Source: Haplodiscus bocki
Taxonomy: Eukaryota
NCBI GenBank assembly: GCA_965655095.1
Contig: OZ296651.1
Location: 10,974,001 to 11,038,000, forward strand
DNA: 64,000 nucleotides
Reading direction: 5' to 3'
Under the pieces are notes generated by a model. It had not been told where the DNA came from. It did not search any database and saw only the letters and a program-made list of their open reading frames with translations. Of this stretch, positions 13,601 through 29,738 are shown piece by piece (positions within the stretch are counted from its first letter, which is position 1; each line of letters starts with the position of its first letter). The position numbers and the translations under genes were made by a program.

Positions 13601-15663
13601 AATTGGGAGCGATAAAATTGGGATTTTTCTTCCCGTCCAAAATGAAAGGCTGGTTGGAAATATCTGACAATTAACCTCGAATCGGAATAAAAGCAACCAA
13701 GACCTTAGATGACACTGCTTTCAACAGACGCGCGTTTGACTACTTCGAAAAATAACATGTAATCAGGAAATGTCTCGTTTCATTCTTCCTGAGAAGGCAA
13801 CCCGCTCGATTTGACCCGAATTTGAAACGAAATGTCAGAAAATGTAAAGTAGACACAGTATGGAAAATGAATGTTATGTCTGCTTATACATGGAGCTCAG
13901 ATGCAAAATGTAAACTTTGTTCACTTTTCCGTGCATGCAACATTTTGAACAAGCTTTTCATAAAAATTGTTCGTTTTCTTTCGCTTGACAGCATGCGCGT
14001 GGTAAGTAATCGGCCAGACATTACCTGTCTTGAATGTCAATCTACCTTCTCCCATCTCAGAGTCGGCTAGCCGAAAAGGTGAAAATTTCACATTTTTTGA
14101 TAAATGCAACTGCACTTTCGGCTAATATTTTTCTCATCTCAGGTTTTAAATAGGTTAGAAGATATGAAATGAAGCCACCAGCTCTTGAAAATTTCTCTTC
14201 GCGGAATGGTGTTGTCTTATCGTTGGGGAGAAGGACGAGAATCGAGGCGACTTTATCAGCAGTCGTCGTTTGTGAACAAATCTCCATCTGAAATCAGCTC
14301 CAATATCTGTTTTTATCAATTCTTGAAAATGTGGTATTCATCGATTTAATTCCCTAGAGGTACTCCTTTTCTTAGCTTCTGCGTGTGGCTGCCATGCTGA
14401 TAAGCTAGAACAGGGATTGAATACGTTGATTACCCAGCAACTGTATTTGAGGCGGTTCCTGCATCTTTTCAACAATAGGGGCATACCTTTTGTTACCTCT
14501 TACCCTGCATTGAAAATAATTGGAATCCATTCAGTCGGAAGCCTATCGCCACGTCTGGCTTAATCTCTTCTCATCTGATGATTACGGACCGGCACGAACA
14601 ATACATGTATACAATGACAATTACACCAACTCGTTAGCCTCCCCGAAAAAAGTTGCTATTTAAGGAAACTGGGAACAGTGTCTGGGGGCTTTCCCATTTA
14701 AAGGCTTCCTCAATCAAAGCCGAGAGATCGGTAATACGAATATGGATCTCATGTAGGCTGTTCTATAAATTTGTTCGCATATTATAAGTCCGACGGCAAA
14801 TGAATACCAGCTACTGTAATTCATGTGTATTGAGTTCACAACTATAGAAGTTATTAACCTAACGTATGAATGTTATATTCCGGTAGTGCTGTCCGCATGG
14901 ACAGCAGTTTGATGTTACGAATTGTTGAATTGTTTTCCCGGCGGTGCATTACGTGTTGCAGTTGTTGAGGGGGAGACGGTGACTACGACGGTCTGCCTTA
15001 CCATGCATGGACGTGCAAGTAGCAATTGGATATTTATGACTCTACAACCACTCATACTCCCAATTCGCATTTTATGGCTGCCTTTTCCTGTAATTTTGCC
15101 GAGGACAAGCACGGAATGACCAATCGTATCTGAAGATGATTTTCGGATCCTGCTGTTTCCACTTCTGAAAGGTTCCTCGGATAACATCTGCGACTGCACT
15201 CGTGGTTACAGGAAAGCATACCATATGACGTTGGTTGCTGCACATATAATATCAGTTGGTAGAAACAGCAAAATTGTAGCAATTCGCCGCAATTTAGTCT
15301 CTTGTGTGTTTTACTCTGTCTGTTGGTTGATCTATCGTCTCTCTATCGGTATGCGGTAGAATCTTTCGTGTTTGTCGTTATTTCATTTATCTGCAGCCTC
15401 TCAGTTGAGTTGCACCGTCGAAAAACGAAGCATTTGCCAACTTTGCATTGGCGCTGTACCAACTACAGCTCACTACCATCCTTTTGCTGTCGTGTTGTTT
15501 ATCTGACTTCGTGTCAAGTCAACGCATCATAACTGTTTATAAACACTCCACATTCAGCTGTTGTCATCGTGCGCATAATTTTGCATCTATTTTCAGATAT
15601 TTTTGCACAAATTTGTACATATAGTCTAGAATCTCTGCTAACCAACTTTCTCAAACTTCCAAA

Positions 15664-17444
<1,781 letters not shown>

Positions 17445-17944
17445 AACTGAATGATGTGAAAGTTGATTGCGTAGTTACGCAATAATTACGTAATGGTGTA
17501 GTCTATTGTAATCTTTACACAAAACACTTGCTTGTGCATTCAATTCAATCAATTTAGTGCAATATCTTGAGAAATCAAGTGTCAAATGAATTTGCAATCA
17601 AATAATTTGTCTGTCCACTAAGTTTTGGACATGTCATCATCGTCAAATGTTCAAATGCAGTTCAGCTGTCTCAAAAACTGTCATTATGTTTAGCACGATT
17701 CAACTGTGTAAAATGAGCTTCTATCCACCTTTCAGTTCAAAATTTCTAATATATTATCTCATCATTTTCTTTCAGAGATACAGCAAATTAAAAAAGCCTG
17801 TCTACAAAATTCATCCTGGAAATATTGATTGCTTTTGGTACGTTTTACCAATTGAATTGAGTATTTTATGGCCGAGATTTTGTGAAATTCCCTAGCCTTT
17901 CAAATTAGGTTTTAATTATTTTCAAAACAAACTATTGGTTTCCC

Positions 17945-17980
17945 TATTAGTATACATTGTGTCCACAGTGTATACTAATA
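17945..17980. repeat. 36-bp near-perfect palindrome
   Basis: TATTAGTATACATTGTG-TC-CACAGTGTATACTAATA; 17-bp arms with one mismatch. Confidence 0.8.
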
Positions 17981-19507
17981 CCTGATTCAAATTTTGGTGT
18001 TTAAAAAAATTCCACATCGACTAGTCCATGCATGCGTTGGTTGATAAAGTTATTTTACAAGGGCTAAAGTAGTTTACTATTAAAGATGATGAAATGCTTC
18101 ATTAGAGTAAATTACAAATAAACGAGGGACAGACAGAGTCGCAGTCAACGGGAAGGCTTGGTATAAGAAAGAACAAATGGTGGCTTGTCGTGGGATTCCA
18201 TGTACCTGAGCACCGGATGTATTTGTGAAAACGGGGTATCAGAAAATTTAGGTTTTTGGAAAATTTCAAGTTCCCAGTACTGATCGCAACACTCGGGGGT
18301 TTTTTCTCAAGAATTGAGTATTTTCAACTTAAAAGCAAGTTTTCGTTCATTTTGCCATGCATTATCTAAATTTGCACCCAGTTGGTATTGCGGCAAAGGA
18401 AGGTATTGCGGCAAAGCATGTGAGAGGTGCTGTCATGCCAAAAATTCCAAGATGGTTTTAACTTGCTTTCAGCTGACAGTGTCGTCTCCAAAGAGTTGAA
18501 ATCGAAATACTTGAACCAAGTAGTTGTTTCGTTTCAGAAACAGGGAACATACCATCAAATCGCGGACTCTGAGATCTTACGCGCTAGTAGGACCATGCAA
18601 AAAAGAAAACTGGGTCTTTTTTAACTTCCCCGCGTTTGAAATTATCTCAGGAATGTTCTTAGTTACAATGAAAATCCCTGAATTAGAGATTTTTTTTCGA
18701 AACGGGTACAACGGTACTTGCATTCGGCGGACTCTTCCAAAGTCCTTCAAAGAAAATGTCTACCAAAATTTCTGATACCTCTGGCATCACTCAGAAATTT
18801 CGGAATAGCAAAATTTTCCCCGATACACCTTTTGGCTATTCCATTTTTTTTGAAAACGCAACCCAGCTCCGAACGTTTTCGTAATAACTGGTTTTCAACT
18901 AAGATGTTAAATGATTATGATCTCATTCTATAGGATAACTCCCACTGTATCTTTTTATGTCACTATTTCGTTGTGCTATAGAATGGGTTTGATAAACTGA
19001 TATACTCTGATTTGATGAGCCACAAAACACCCAACTACCACCGGGATATTTTGCGCCCTCCTATCTTTTTAGACATGCCTTCTCGAACGATGAAAGCGCA
19101 CATTTTCAACGAAAACTTAATCAATTTTTTAGTTTTTCGAAAATCAAATCAAGTGGCTTCTGAATTTTTGCAAAACCGTAAAATAGGTGAAAAAAAAACA
19201 TTTATTTCTTTAGCAACTTATTCTTTAGCAAATTTGCTACCTTTACTGATTTTCAAAGAATTCAGGTTTCTTTGATTCCGTACGCATTTGAGAAATCTTC
19301 CTATTCCACGGCAAATATGCTATAATCCGGAGTAATTTTTTTCCGAAAGGAAAAATACTTTTTTTGTGAACAATAGACACACATAATTATTTTCTGACAT
19401 TTAGCAAAAAAGTTTCGGACTTATGGCAAAAATTTTTCAGCAAGGTTGTCAAAACTGCAATCTATATGTCCAAAGGAACATTTTGAGGAAAATTACTTAG
19501 TACTTTA

Positions 19508-19757
19508 ATAACCTTACCTCATTACCCTCAATAACCTTACTAACCTTACTAACTGCACTAACCTTACTAATCCTAATAACTTTACTAATTTTACTAAACT
19601 CGGTAACCTCACTAACTATACCAAACTAACTAATGTGACTAACCCCACTAACCTCGCCAATCTGGGTTATATCGGTGATCTCTGCAATCTCGACCGGCAA
19701 CCTCGCCATTCCCGGCAATTTGGGCAATCTCAACCGGCAATCTTCGCAACCTCGCCA
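19508..19757. repeat. Degenerate 9-bp minisatellite (AACCTTACT grading to AATCTCGGC)
   Basis: About 25 units in 9-nt register: aaccttact aactgcact aatcctaat aactttact ... aacctcgcc aatctgggt aatttgggc. Confidence 0.85.
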
Positions 19758-22700
19758 CTCCTATTTTCTCCCAAATGTGAACATTTTAGGCCAACATCGT
19801 TTTGAGCGTGAACGCACTTGGCAAACATCGGGGGAAAAAACGTTCCAATTGAGAGGAAGATTTCGCTTTCCATATTATAAATAATATGGAGTAAAATTGT
19901 AAAACAGCATCATGTTAAGATCAAGAGCTCAAGCAAGTTACGTTAAGCTAGAAGCGTTGAGATTCTCATCCAAAATGCTGTAAAACCAGGTGTCGTATTT
20001 GAAAATTTGTAGTTCATCTGAAAATCAGCTACACGGAATTGAGAACTTGGATCCTTTGAAGTAGAGCCCACAGGCTGCCATTATTTCTTTTGACTGTTCA
20101 TTTACCATTACATGTATTTGCGTACCGTTTTGGGAAAGTTGAAAGTTGTTGTTGATATTCAAACCTAATATTCTTTAAAACCACCGTATGGTTTTCATCC
20201 ATCAATGAATCTATCTACAGCTGTCAACCTGTGAAAGTTAACTTTTTTTTGGCTTTTTGTTTGGCATCAGAGAGCTGGCTGGCAGAAGTCCAAAACAGCA
20301 ATCAATACTGATTTTTTTTCGGTGTTCAATTATATGTTCTGTAAGAACATGTTGGGTTTCTTCAAGCCATGTCTTCATTTTACCTTTTATTAACTGATAA
20401 TACCCTCGGCTTTCTACTCGCCTTGAAAACCTGATAGTTTGAAAGTGACTAAATTGTAAATTGGCAATGGCTTCTCTGTCTTTCAGAATGTCATTCTAGC
20501 CGAAGTGAAGAGATTTTCGTGAAAACTATTTGATATAATTTGGATAACCATTCTTGAACCGCTGTGGACAAAAAATATGGCATCGTCCCTGTGCCTCTTG
20601 CTCCAATTTTAGTTTGCTGGTGAACGATTGTCAATTCATTTTTGATTGGGGTTGATGAGCAATTGGAATCAATTGCTAATTAATTCAAATAATTCCTGAA
20701 ATTTCAGTTTTATTCGCGTGGTATTTTCTGATTTTCGAAGATTATCTGGCAATTTTTGTGAGAGTGGCCAATTTCAACATTTTTGACTATGCCTAATTTT
20801 TAACGTTCCGTGCCTAACTTCTCTGACTGATGTTTTGATGACTTGAAACTACCATGATATCCAGCATCAAGAAAATTTGGCGAAATTCCCATAGAAATAT
20901 TCCAATGCCCACAAGTTCCCGTCAACGAACAATTTTTGATTGGAAAATCCGAATTTTTCAAAATACCCGTTTTTTCTGCATTTTAAGTCGTTAGGCAGCA
21001 CCAAATCTGAGCCTTCTAGCCTGGCATTCATTACATACAACTAAGTGAACGAGTGTGCTCTGTATTTGTGTCATCAAACTTTCCTCGCTTCCTCTGGGGC
21101 TAATGCGTATTTGCATCTTTCTTGCATTTTCATTGGATTGCTATCTTTTTCTTGTTGTAGAAAATTAATGGTTTGCTTTTCAAAAACCATTGTGCGCGGA
21201 AATTTTGTGTATGAAGTGAAAGTTTTATTTCGTTTTACTTCAAGGTGTAGCTCCTATATTCTGCTGTTTTTAAAAATACCATCTTATAGTGGTTAGTTTT
21301 CTCACGAAAGATAGCAAAAATCGATTTTATGTACACCAAGTGAAGAGAGGTCAAACCGAAATACGCCAACTGCAACAGAAGAAGGTAAAAAATGTCAAAA
21401 CGCCGAAGGGTCCGCTTGCGAAAATTCTTGGCCTTTTGAGGCAAAATAATCGACAAAAATGCTACCCTTTTGTTATGTTGAGAATGTTCTTTTTTGAAAA
21501 GCAAATTCAAATAAAGACTACATTCCAGCTACTACATTTAATGACTCTAATGACTCACGGATGGCGCCATTTGGACCGTATCCGGCTTGCCTATTTATTT
21601 TTCAACAATGCAGTTTTTCAACACGTAGCTCCCGTGAGGCCTATGCGGCAACTATAAAAACTGCCGGCAACTATTTTAGGGACCAAAGTGGAACGATTTC
21701 AAACCTTAAGGTCATTCAACTCAAACGTGTTTTCGCTCTTGCAATTTTTCAAGAGACTGAAATTTAGTTGATTTTTTCTGATTTCAGTAATTTGTAGTGA
21801 AGAAATGAAGTTAAAAAGTTCATGCTGATTCTAATTTTTCTTTGACGATTTTGCAAAACTGATCTTGATTTACTCCCCGGGTTGAGCTTACATGCAAAGC
21901 ATACTATGCACCGTAAACTCCCATACAAGAAAAACAGCTAATGGCAATGCCATCAGTTTCCTGTTTTCTTCCAAGATCATTGTATTGAGAGTCTGTCAGC
22001 CATAAACTTGTATGGCCAGTTAATGACTTTTAACGTTACTTATGTGGTCATCCAATTTTTTTCATGTTTTTCTTGATTTTTTTTGACAAACAACTTCTAA
22101 TGTCTTATTTACATAGTTCCGAGTAATTAATTCAGAGGTCTTGAAAATTTCAAGACCCAAGGGAATGCCCGCCAGCAACTTTCAGAGTTTAACTTTCTGC
22201 GTCTTGGCTAATTTGCTAATTTCTCTCGAATTTTCGTTATTTTCCCTACCAAGTCAGTTTTTTGCGCATAATCTGACGAAATTACTACCAAAAGTATGCT
22301 GTGCAGAAGTTTTGTGTTTTTCGCAAAAAAAAGTTTTTAATTCCGAAAATGGCCAATTTTTGCTGTATTTTTTGCAACTTCAAAATCTGCAAGAAATTTA
22401 GTTCTTCAACTTGAGGAATTATCGCTATTTTACTTTCAAAGTCGGCTGGTTTTTCAGCCGCAAGTGCTACTAGTGTTATGGAATAAACCACGTTTATTCC
22501 GAGCCGCTTAAAACTTGCAACTTTGCGTTATGTGCAAATTATGTATTCCCGCTAGTGTTGAAATTTTCATGCCGCGTCGCCGCCCATCAAATTTTTTTAA
22601 AGTGGCCCCATATGTAACTACTTTTAAATGGAATCAGTTGTGGAGTGGCAGGGTCAAATTGCTCCTAACCTGTCGAAAACGTTCAACTAGTAATTCAAAA

Positions 22701-23169
22701 GCTAACGACGTTTTTACTTGCGTCGTTCGTAAGTTTTCCTCGAAGACTATCGGTCGGATATCGTCCATTCAGCACTTGTTGAAATTCTTGCTACCAAGTG
22801 GATCTGTGGATTGGAAGATATTAACTATCTCCTGTTTTCTGACAGAAGTTCTTGGCTTGTACTAGGAAAATCATCGCCGTCTTTTCCTGAGTCGTTGGCT
22901 AAAGTTGTAAACGAATACTGACTGGATTGGGTCATTCTAGGGCTGAATCTATTACTCGCTACCTTTAGATCCCGGCGAGTATCGGTTATGGTTTGTTATC
23001 AACCTGTATCGATTTTTATTTACTGGGTTTTGCAAAAACTAAAAGGTTCCAACTTACGTCGCTAGTTGAAAAATTTGCCCAATGTCTAATAGCCAAAGTG
23101 GGTATATCCAATGCTGATTCAACTACTCATTCGAGCAGCATCGAAAAAATACCCGGGATAGTTTTTTAT

Positions 23170-24120
23170 TAACTTTTGTCGCGAAATGTTTTAACGTGCG
23201 ATTGAGAAATTGAAGATGATTAACTTCCTCGTTCGTTTTTGTATCTCTTAGCTACTGCTCGTAGTGAGTATTCTGCGGATTCAAAATAGCCGCTCTTGGC
23301 TCAAAAATACGCAAGATTGATAACTCACAGAGAAACAGGAATTTCCCATTTTGACTTTTCGAGCGAAATTTCTTGACATGTAATTTTGAACTTCTCGAAA
23401 GTTTTAGTTTGCGTCCATTTTCAAAATTGTCTACCTGAGAGACTACGGGTTGGATTGCGCACATCTAGTGCTCACTTCAAATCCCGATTGAAGGTGAAGC
23501 TGTGGATAACCGAGGATGTTCCCTTTCATGCCTTGCTCGCGAAATTTCTTGACTTGTAGTTTGACTCCGGAAAAATTAATAATTTTTGCATCGTTTTCCA
23601 AATCCCGCAAAATAGAAAATTGACGCAGTTTTCCACGTGAACTTCTTTGAGATGTTGTTTCAATTTTGAATATTTTCTCATTTTTTTCCTGAAGATTTCT
23701 CATCAAGACTAATATTTGAATTGTGGCCCTTCAATACTCATTCAAATGCCCTCAACAGGTGGAGCCTCTACGGAAGCCAAGATATCCTCTTTCACACTTT
23801 CCACGGGAATTTTTTGGACTTATTGTTTGAAATTCAAGAAATTGTTCAGTCTTATTCAAAAGTTCTCTCGGTTTGACTGGGCATCCAATGCTCTTTCAAA
23901 AGGCAATGGGGGGGGGGATCTAAAAATAAACAGATGCCCCTTTTTTATGCGTTCCATGACTCTCTTGAGCATAAGTTTGACTGTTTCGAGACTCGAAAGT
24001 CTTCTGTTTCCGTCTTTTTTCAAAGTTGTACCTCTCACAGACTATTGGTTGGACTGCGGCCATCTCGTGCTCATTCCAAATACCGCAAAACAGGAAATTG
24101 GTGGGAGAGCCGAAACGCAG
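23170..24120. repeat. Degenerate internally repeated block
   Basis: Segments TTTTCAAAATTGT..GACTACGGGTTGGATTGCGCACATCTAGTGCTCA (~23420-23475) and TTTTCAAAGTTGT..GACTATTGGTTGGACTGCGGCCATCTCGTGCTCA (~24017-24073) match. GCGAAATTTCTTGAC recurs at 23363 and 23539. Confidence 0.6.
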
Positions 24121-24183
24121 TTTTTTTCCATTGCTTTTACAGTAAAATCTTGAGTTCCGTGGAAAGTTTTTCATATTGAAAAC

Positions 24184-24401
24184 TCTTATAGGGTAAAATC
24201 TGTTAATCCGGGTATGTAACCATTACGAAATAAAACAGTCATAGAGAAGTTTTTTTAGAAACTTGTTTTTGTGTGTAATGGTAAACAACAATTTGTGTTG
24301 ACGATAAGAACTTTGTATTTCATCATATCACAGAAAATTGTAACATTGCAATTAGATATTAGAAAGACAATTGTTTTTACCTGTCCCGTTAGAATTGGAC
24401 A
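24184..24401 (+). repeat. 5' LTR
   Basis: TCTTATAGGG...AGAATTGGACA (initial TG decayed to TC); aligns end to end with 29739-29951. Confidence 0.9.
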
Positions 24402-24419
24402 TGGCGCAGTACGCAGGAT
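24402..24419 (+). promoter_or_regulatory. Primer-binding site, probably tRNA-Ser
   Basis: TGGCGCAGTACGCAGGAT directly follows the LTR CA and resembles the complement of tRNA-Ser 3' ends (TGGCG(C/T)AGTCGGCAGGAT). Confidence 0.7.
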
Positions 24420-24479
24420 CTCCTATTAACATATTTACCGAAATCATATCAGCACCGAATAATGATCAAGTACAAATAA

Positions 24480-27400
24480 TTATTACAACGCAGAAAGAAA
24501 GGACCGAAGACAGAATACAGGTACCATGCTTGGATGAAAAAGGGATAGATGGGAAAAGAATATATCAATACCGACAATGGCTAGAGCGAATAAAACGATA
24601 TACAAAAAGGAGGTACAATACCAACATCGAACCACTAGTCAACGAAGTAACAATTACTGAAACCGAAAGGAATACAAAAGAAGAAAAAATCTAACAACTT
24701 TTCTCCGGTCACTGGGACCAGAAGCAGCACACCAAATAACACCATCCGAATAATGAACCGAACCTGACAAAATGAAAATTGAGAAACTAATTAAACTATA
24801 TAGCAGATATTCCCTGAAAAGAAACAAATACAACTCACGAGGATTTTTTTGGGGCTACACAATCGGACACTGAAACACCGAAGGACCATTGGAAGAAATT
24901 AATTGAATTCCGAAAACAGTGTGATTTTCCGGATTTTAGAACCGAGTTACATTTTTTAAACTTGGTAACATCAATTACCGAAAAGAAATTACGGGATAAA
25001 ATGTTGAAAGAAAAAAATTTAGACATACCGAAAATAGTCGAACAAATGAAACAAAATACCGACGACAGAAATAACAAAAGAACGATATACCGGAACCACT
25101 TGTATCAAAACGAGAGAAAGAAATCAAAGAAGAGCCCTTTCACACAATAACACATACAGGAAATTACGGAGCAAAACTGAATGAAAAAGCAAAAGAACGA
25201 AACTGCAGATATTACAACGCACCAAATTGGAGCCCCAAGCACAAATGCCCAGCCCGGGAGTCAACATGCCATAATTGTGAAAAGAAGGGACATTTAGTGA
25301 AACTATGTAGACTTGAACACCGACAGCAACAAGAAATTAAAGTTGTTTTTGGCACCCGAAGATATCGAAAAAAGTGATACCGTCCGATCGATAAACATAA
25401 TAACCGAAATGAAGCCGACCGAAGAAACTACCTTACGATGACAATAGAAAATGACGGAAGCGAGAAAGATTTTATCGTGGATACTGGATCACCGGTTACA
25501 GTATTATCACCGGACGGAGAAGTACTCAAGAACTAGAAGTTGTTACCTTTAACGAGAAAATATCAAGATTTCAGAAAAAGGAAGTAAAATTCCGCTGAAA
25601 AATAACGTGGAGGCAGGTATAGAGGAATTAGGAAGAGTTTAAACATGCTTTTTACCGAATAAAAAGATATAAATGACGTTTCTCGGTATGGATTGGCTAC
25701 GAGAATTCAATTGGACGATACAAAATTTTGAAAGTACGACAAACGCTACCGACCAGAAAAGGACTGAATAATAAACGTTGAATGGGCTTTCAAAGCGAAC
25801 TGAACGATAAAAGACAACGAGATTAAATTACCACCGAAACCGGGGCATCTGCCAATGAAACAGAAAGCCTGATCCATACCGTACCATCCACATAGTTGCG
25901 TTGAAAAGGAAATGAACAAAATAACTAAATCCACTCATCTTGAGAAAATACAAATTATATAAAAAACTGTTTCGTATCTCTGGTAGTTATAATCGTGAAA
26001 GACAATTCAGTAAAAATTGCATTTGACCGAAGAATAATAATTGCCAGTTGTGTTTAAATGATACCTTATATGCCGAAAATAGAGGAACTACCAAAGCAAA
26101 TATCCACTGAAATAACAAGAGTACAGAATGAACCGTTATGGTTATCAAAGATAAGTCTAATAGATCTCGATTACGCATATGGCCAACTGAAACTATCCGA
26201 AGAAACAAACAATGCAATTTTGCAAAAACTGGAGGGAATATAAACGGATACTAAAGAATTAAGAAGAGATTCCACGGTCTATTTGACATCCCGACATTAT
26301 TTCAAGAAGAAATACACCGGCCGTTGAACTATTAAACGCCTGTGTGGCTAATGAAACGATAGTGCTAACAAGGGGGGACAAAGGAAAACACCGTACGAAT
26401 TTATTTACTAGAGAGACTGCAAGAAGACGGATACAGAGAAAGCGAGAGAAAATCCGAATCCTTCCTCGATGAGACAACCTGGTTGAGGCATGAAGTAAGC
26501 GAAAAAGCAATAAAACCGAATAAGGGAAAGATCGAAGCCATTTTCCGATTAAAACCTCCAACATGGAGTAAATAATTTAAATCATTCCTCGGAGGAAAAG
26601 AATACACTGCAAATTTTCCACCCAGGCTTTTGGAGAAAACTGACTGACTTAGACAGTTAAAAAGAAAGAAGCGGAGTGGAAATGAACTGAGAAAGAGAAG
26701 AGGATTGTAATGAGATAAAGAAGTCGATAACAGAAATACTTTGTCTAACACACTTCGCTAGAGATAGAGATGATATAGTAATAACCGACCCTAGTAGAAG
26801 CGGACTCGGAATAACTCTCATTGCAAAAACAAAGCTATAATACAATCTGAGCAATAGAATTCGCCAGCAGATGTTTGAATGACGCCGACAAAAACTTCGG
26901 TCGGAGAACTAGAATTGCAAGCAGTAATATGGGGATTAGAGAAATTTCGTTTCTGTTTGTACGGTAAAGTAGTTTACCTATACACCGACCACCAGGTTTT
27001 TGAACCACTAAATAAACGAAACCGAGCTTACCGACTGTACAGTGCACGTCTAACGAGATGGCTAGATAGATTAGCATTCTTCGACATTTCATTACAATAC
27101 ATGGCAGTGAATAACTTAAAACTCAGGAACTGAATAGATAACCCATGAGAAAAAGCATCAACTGAGGGAAATTATGAAGATGAAAATGTTTATACTACTC
27201 TCACAGAACTTTTCAAATTAAACTGTTATTACGGTAAACTACTAAATAAATGAGCAAAAATTTCGATCGACCGACCAGAGAAAGAACATGGCTCTAACGA
27301 TGAACCGAAAACGGATCAATGAAATTGATTCACCCAAGAAATTCATTTCGGACGGTCACTTAAAGGATTGCATACGTGAACGGACACAAATATTTAAACC

Positions 27401-29359
27401 AATTAGTACGAATTCGAATTTCATCGACAGCACTAACATTTTGGATTTTACAGATTTGAAAATGGCAAAGAAATTTATGTACGAATATCGTGAATGGCGA
27501 GCAATTAAAAAGATCATGGACATTTTCAACAAGAGTGATAAAAGTCTCGAAACTCTTCAGTTGGTTAAGGAAAAACAAAAAATTACCAAACACGAGAACC
27601 TTCAGCTCATCTTTGACAACAAACCAAATCGAAAAGTGTGGCTACCGAGAAGACCGGACAGGAGGGGGAGAAACAAAGTGGCATCAATCGACTTGGAACT
27701 GATATTTAGAAATAACCTGAAGAACCGATGTAACGGAGGAGATTGAGTTCAAAGACCAGAAGACAAGCAAAAGTATGGAAAACAATAAACAAGAAGTCGA
27801 ATAGGTGTCGAGTACTGAAGAAAGTGACGTGATGCGGTCAACGGCACCCTCTCAGAGACTTGAAAGATAACGACATTTCGAAAAAGACTATAAATTACGT
27901 CTAAGTAATTGGTGTGGTCGAAAAACCCAAGATAAAGAAGCCCGAAGCAGAGGAAGACCTCAAAAAGGCCGAATTCAACTTCATGGTTGATTTGTAAACT
28001 CTGATTCTCTAAACCTCGTTTGCTCCGAAACTACTACAACTGAAATTAAGTCTACGCATCAATCGGAAAGAACGATCCCTCGAACAATATTTTTTGGTTT
28101 TCAGCGAACTAGCCGGAGGCTTCAGTTTGTTTACGTGCTACAAAATCGTTTTCTCCGAAGAGCTAAGGAAGCAGGTGGTGGAAGCATTACACTTCGGTCA
28201 TACCGGGTCGACGAAAATGCTGCTCTAGAGTAACATCTTCTTGTGGTCCAGGATGAGAAAGGATGTCGAGAACATGTGCAGTAGGTTTACTGTATTCTTG
28301 AGTTCCGGTTAGAATTTAAAGTATCAATTACCGTCGACCAAAAAAATCAAGCTACCGGTATGGGCCCAACTCGGACAAGAGAAACATTGATTTTTCCGGT
28401 GAACTACGTAATAAACACGTGACCAGCGAACCATACTTTCTGATCGGAACTGATCGGTATTGTAGATAGCCTGTAGTTCGGGTATGTCAGCCAAGCGAAG
28501 TGAGAGAAGTCATCAAATGCATGGAAAGTTTCATTAACTTATATGGAGTCCCGGAGAAAAAAACCAGACTGGGTTAGTGCTTTTATTTTTGAAGACTTTA
28601 GCTTTTTTCGAAAGTAAAAACATTGAAATGGAATATAGTCGACCAGGACTGCATACCGGCATGGGGGCGGTTGAACGTGCAATACAAAACCTAAAGAACT
28701 TGATTATCGCAAGTTTACAAGATGAGATCTGTTTCACCGAACACATAAATTTAGCCTTTTGGGTGATTCGATTCACCACATATACCGGTTTCAAAGTAAC
28801 CCCATTTGAGTTTCACCACGGTTCAAAACTAAGAACTGAACTGACTAACATAGTCAAAGATAACAAGAGTTGTTTGTCGGACTGGACAATACTAATCGTT
28901 TCAGTACTGCCGAAGCAGATTCCGATCTACGTGGGACGCAATGAGAAAAGAGAAGTGACACACCACATCCTCACGGCAGAAAAGAAAGTTTCCTTGTTGC
29001 ACGTCTCACAGTTCACCGAAGAGGAGACGGGTAAAGCCGGTTATTGGAAACTTCCAATATCCATTTACGATTTCCGGGAAAAAATCAGAATAAAAAGTTT
29101 GAAGGAAGAGAAATACGAGGAACAACCAAAAATCGACTTTGGCGTTACTCAACACATGTTCCGTACAGCACACAATAGATTTTTATATCGGAAACTAATA
29201 TCAACACCGCTTAAATGTAAAGAAATCACCGATGGATCTGTAACCGAACAAACAACAGCTGAGAGGGGCGCGCGGAAAATACTTGAGTGTTTTCGAAAAA
29301 GCACTTACAAATTGAGGAAAGCACTTTTTCCGAGTCGGAAGCTGGAGTCTAAAAAGTAG
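24480..29359 (+). pseudogene. gag-pol pseudogene
   Basis: Gag knuckle HKCPARESTCHNCEKKGHLVKLC (~25240-25310); protease FIVDTGSPVTV (25471); RT IDLDYAYGQL (~26160); RNase H ITDPSRSGLG and ELELQAVIWGLEKFRFCLYGKVVYLYTDHQ; integrase LHFGHTG (~28190) and GAVERAIQNLK...TGFKVTPFEFHHG. Confidence 0.93.
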
Positions 29360-29738
29360 TCACACGAAGAAGACAGTGATTTTGAGTGTTACTTCAAGTC
29401 AGACGGTAAGCCGGTGCACGTTGACCTCGACAAAGAAATTACCAGAAGCAGTCGAAAGGATCCGAATCATGCAATCTTACCAAAGAGATCTGAAGAAATG
29501 ATCAACAATAACGGTGAGACGGGCTGGGAATGGTATTACTAGCCGTACGTTGGTCTAACTGAATATTTAAATCTACGGAACGATTGGGTACTGTACCATA
29601 TTTCTGAACCTAATTTAACTTATAATTTGTTTAGTTTAAAGGAGCAACGCGAAAAGAGCCACCGAGACTTATGACTGAAAAGAGATCTATTCGGATTACG
29701 ACCCGATGGAGAACAAGCAATGACTAGAAGGAGGGTAA

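Noticed and set aside
19920-21000. Protein-like fragments on the minus strand
   Set aside because: Frequent stops and frameshifts and no recognisable domain.
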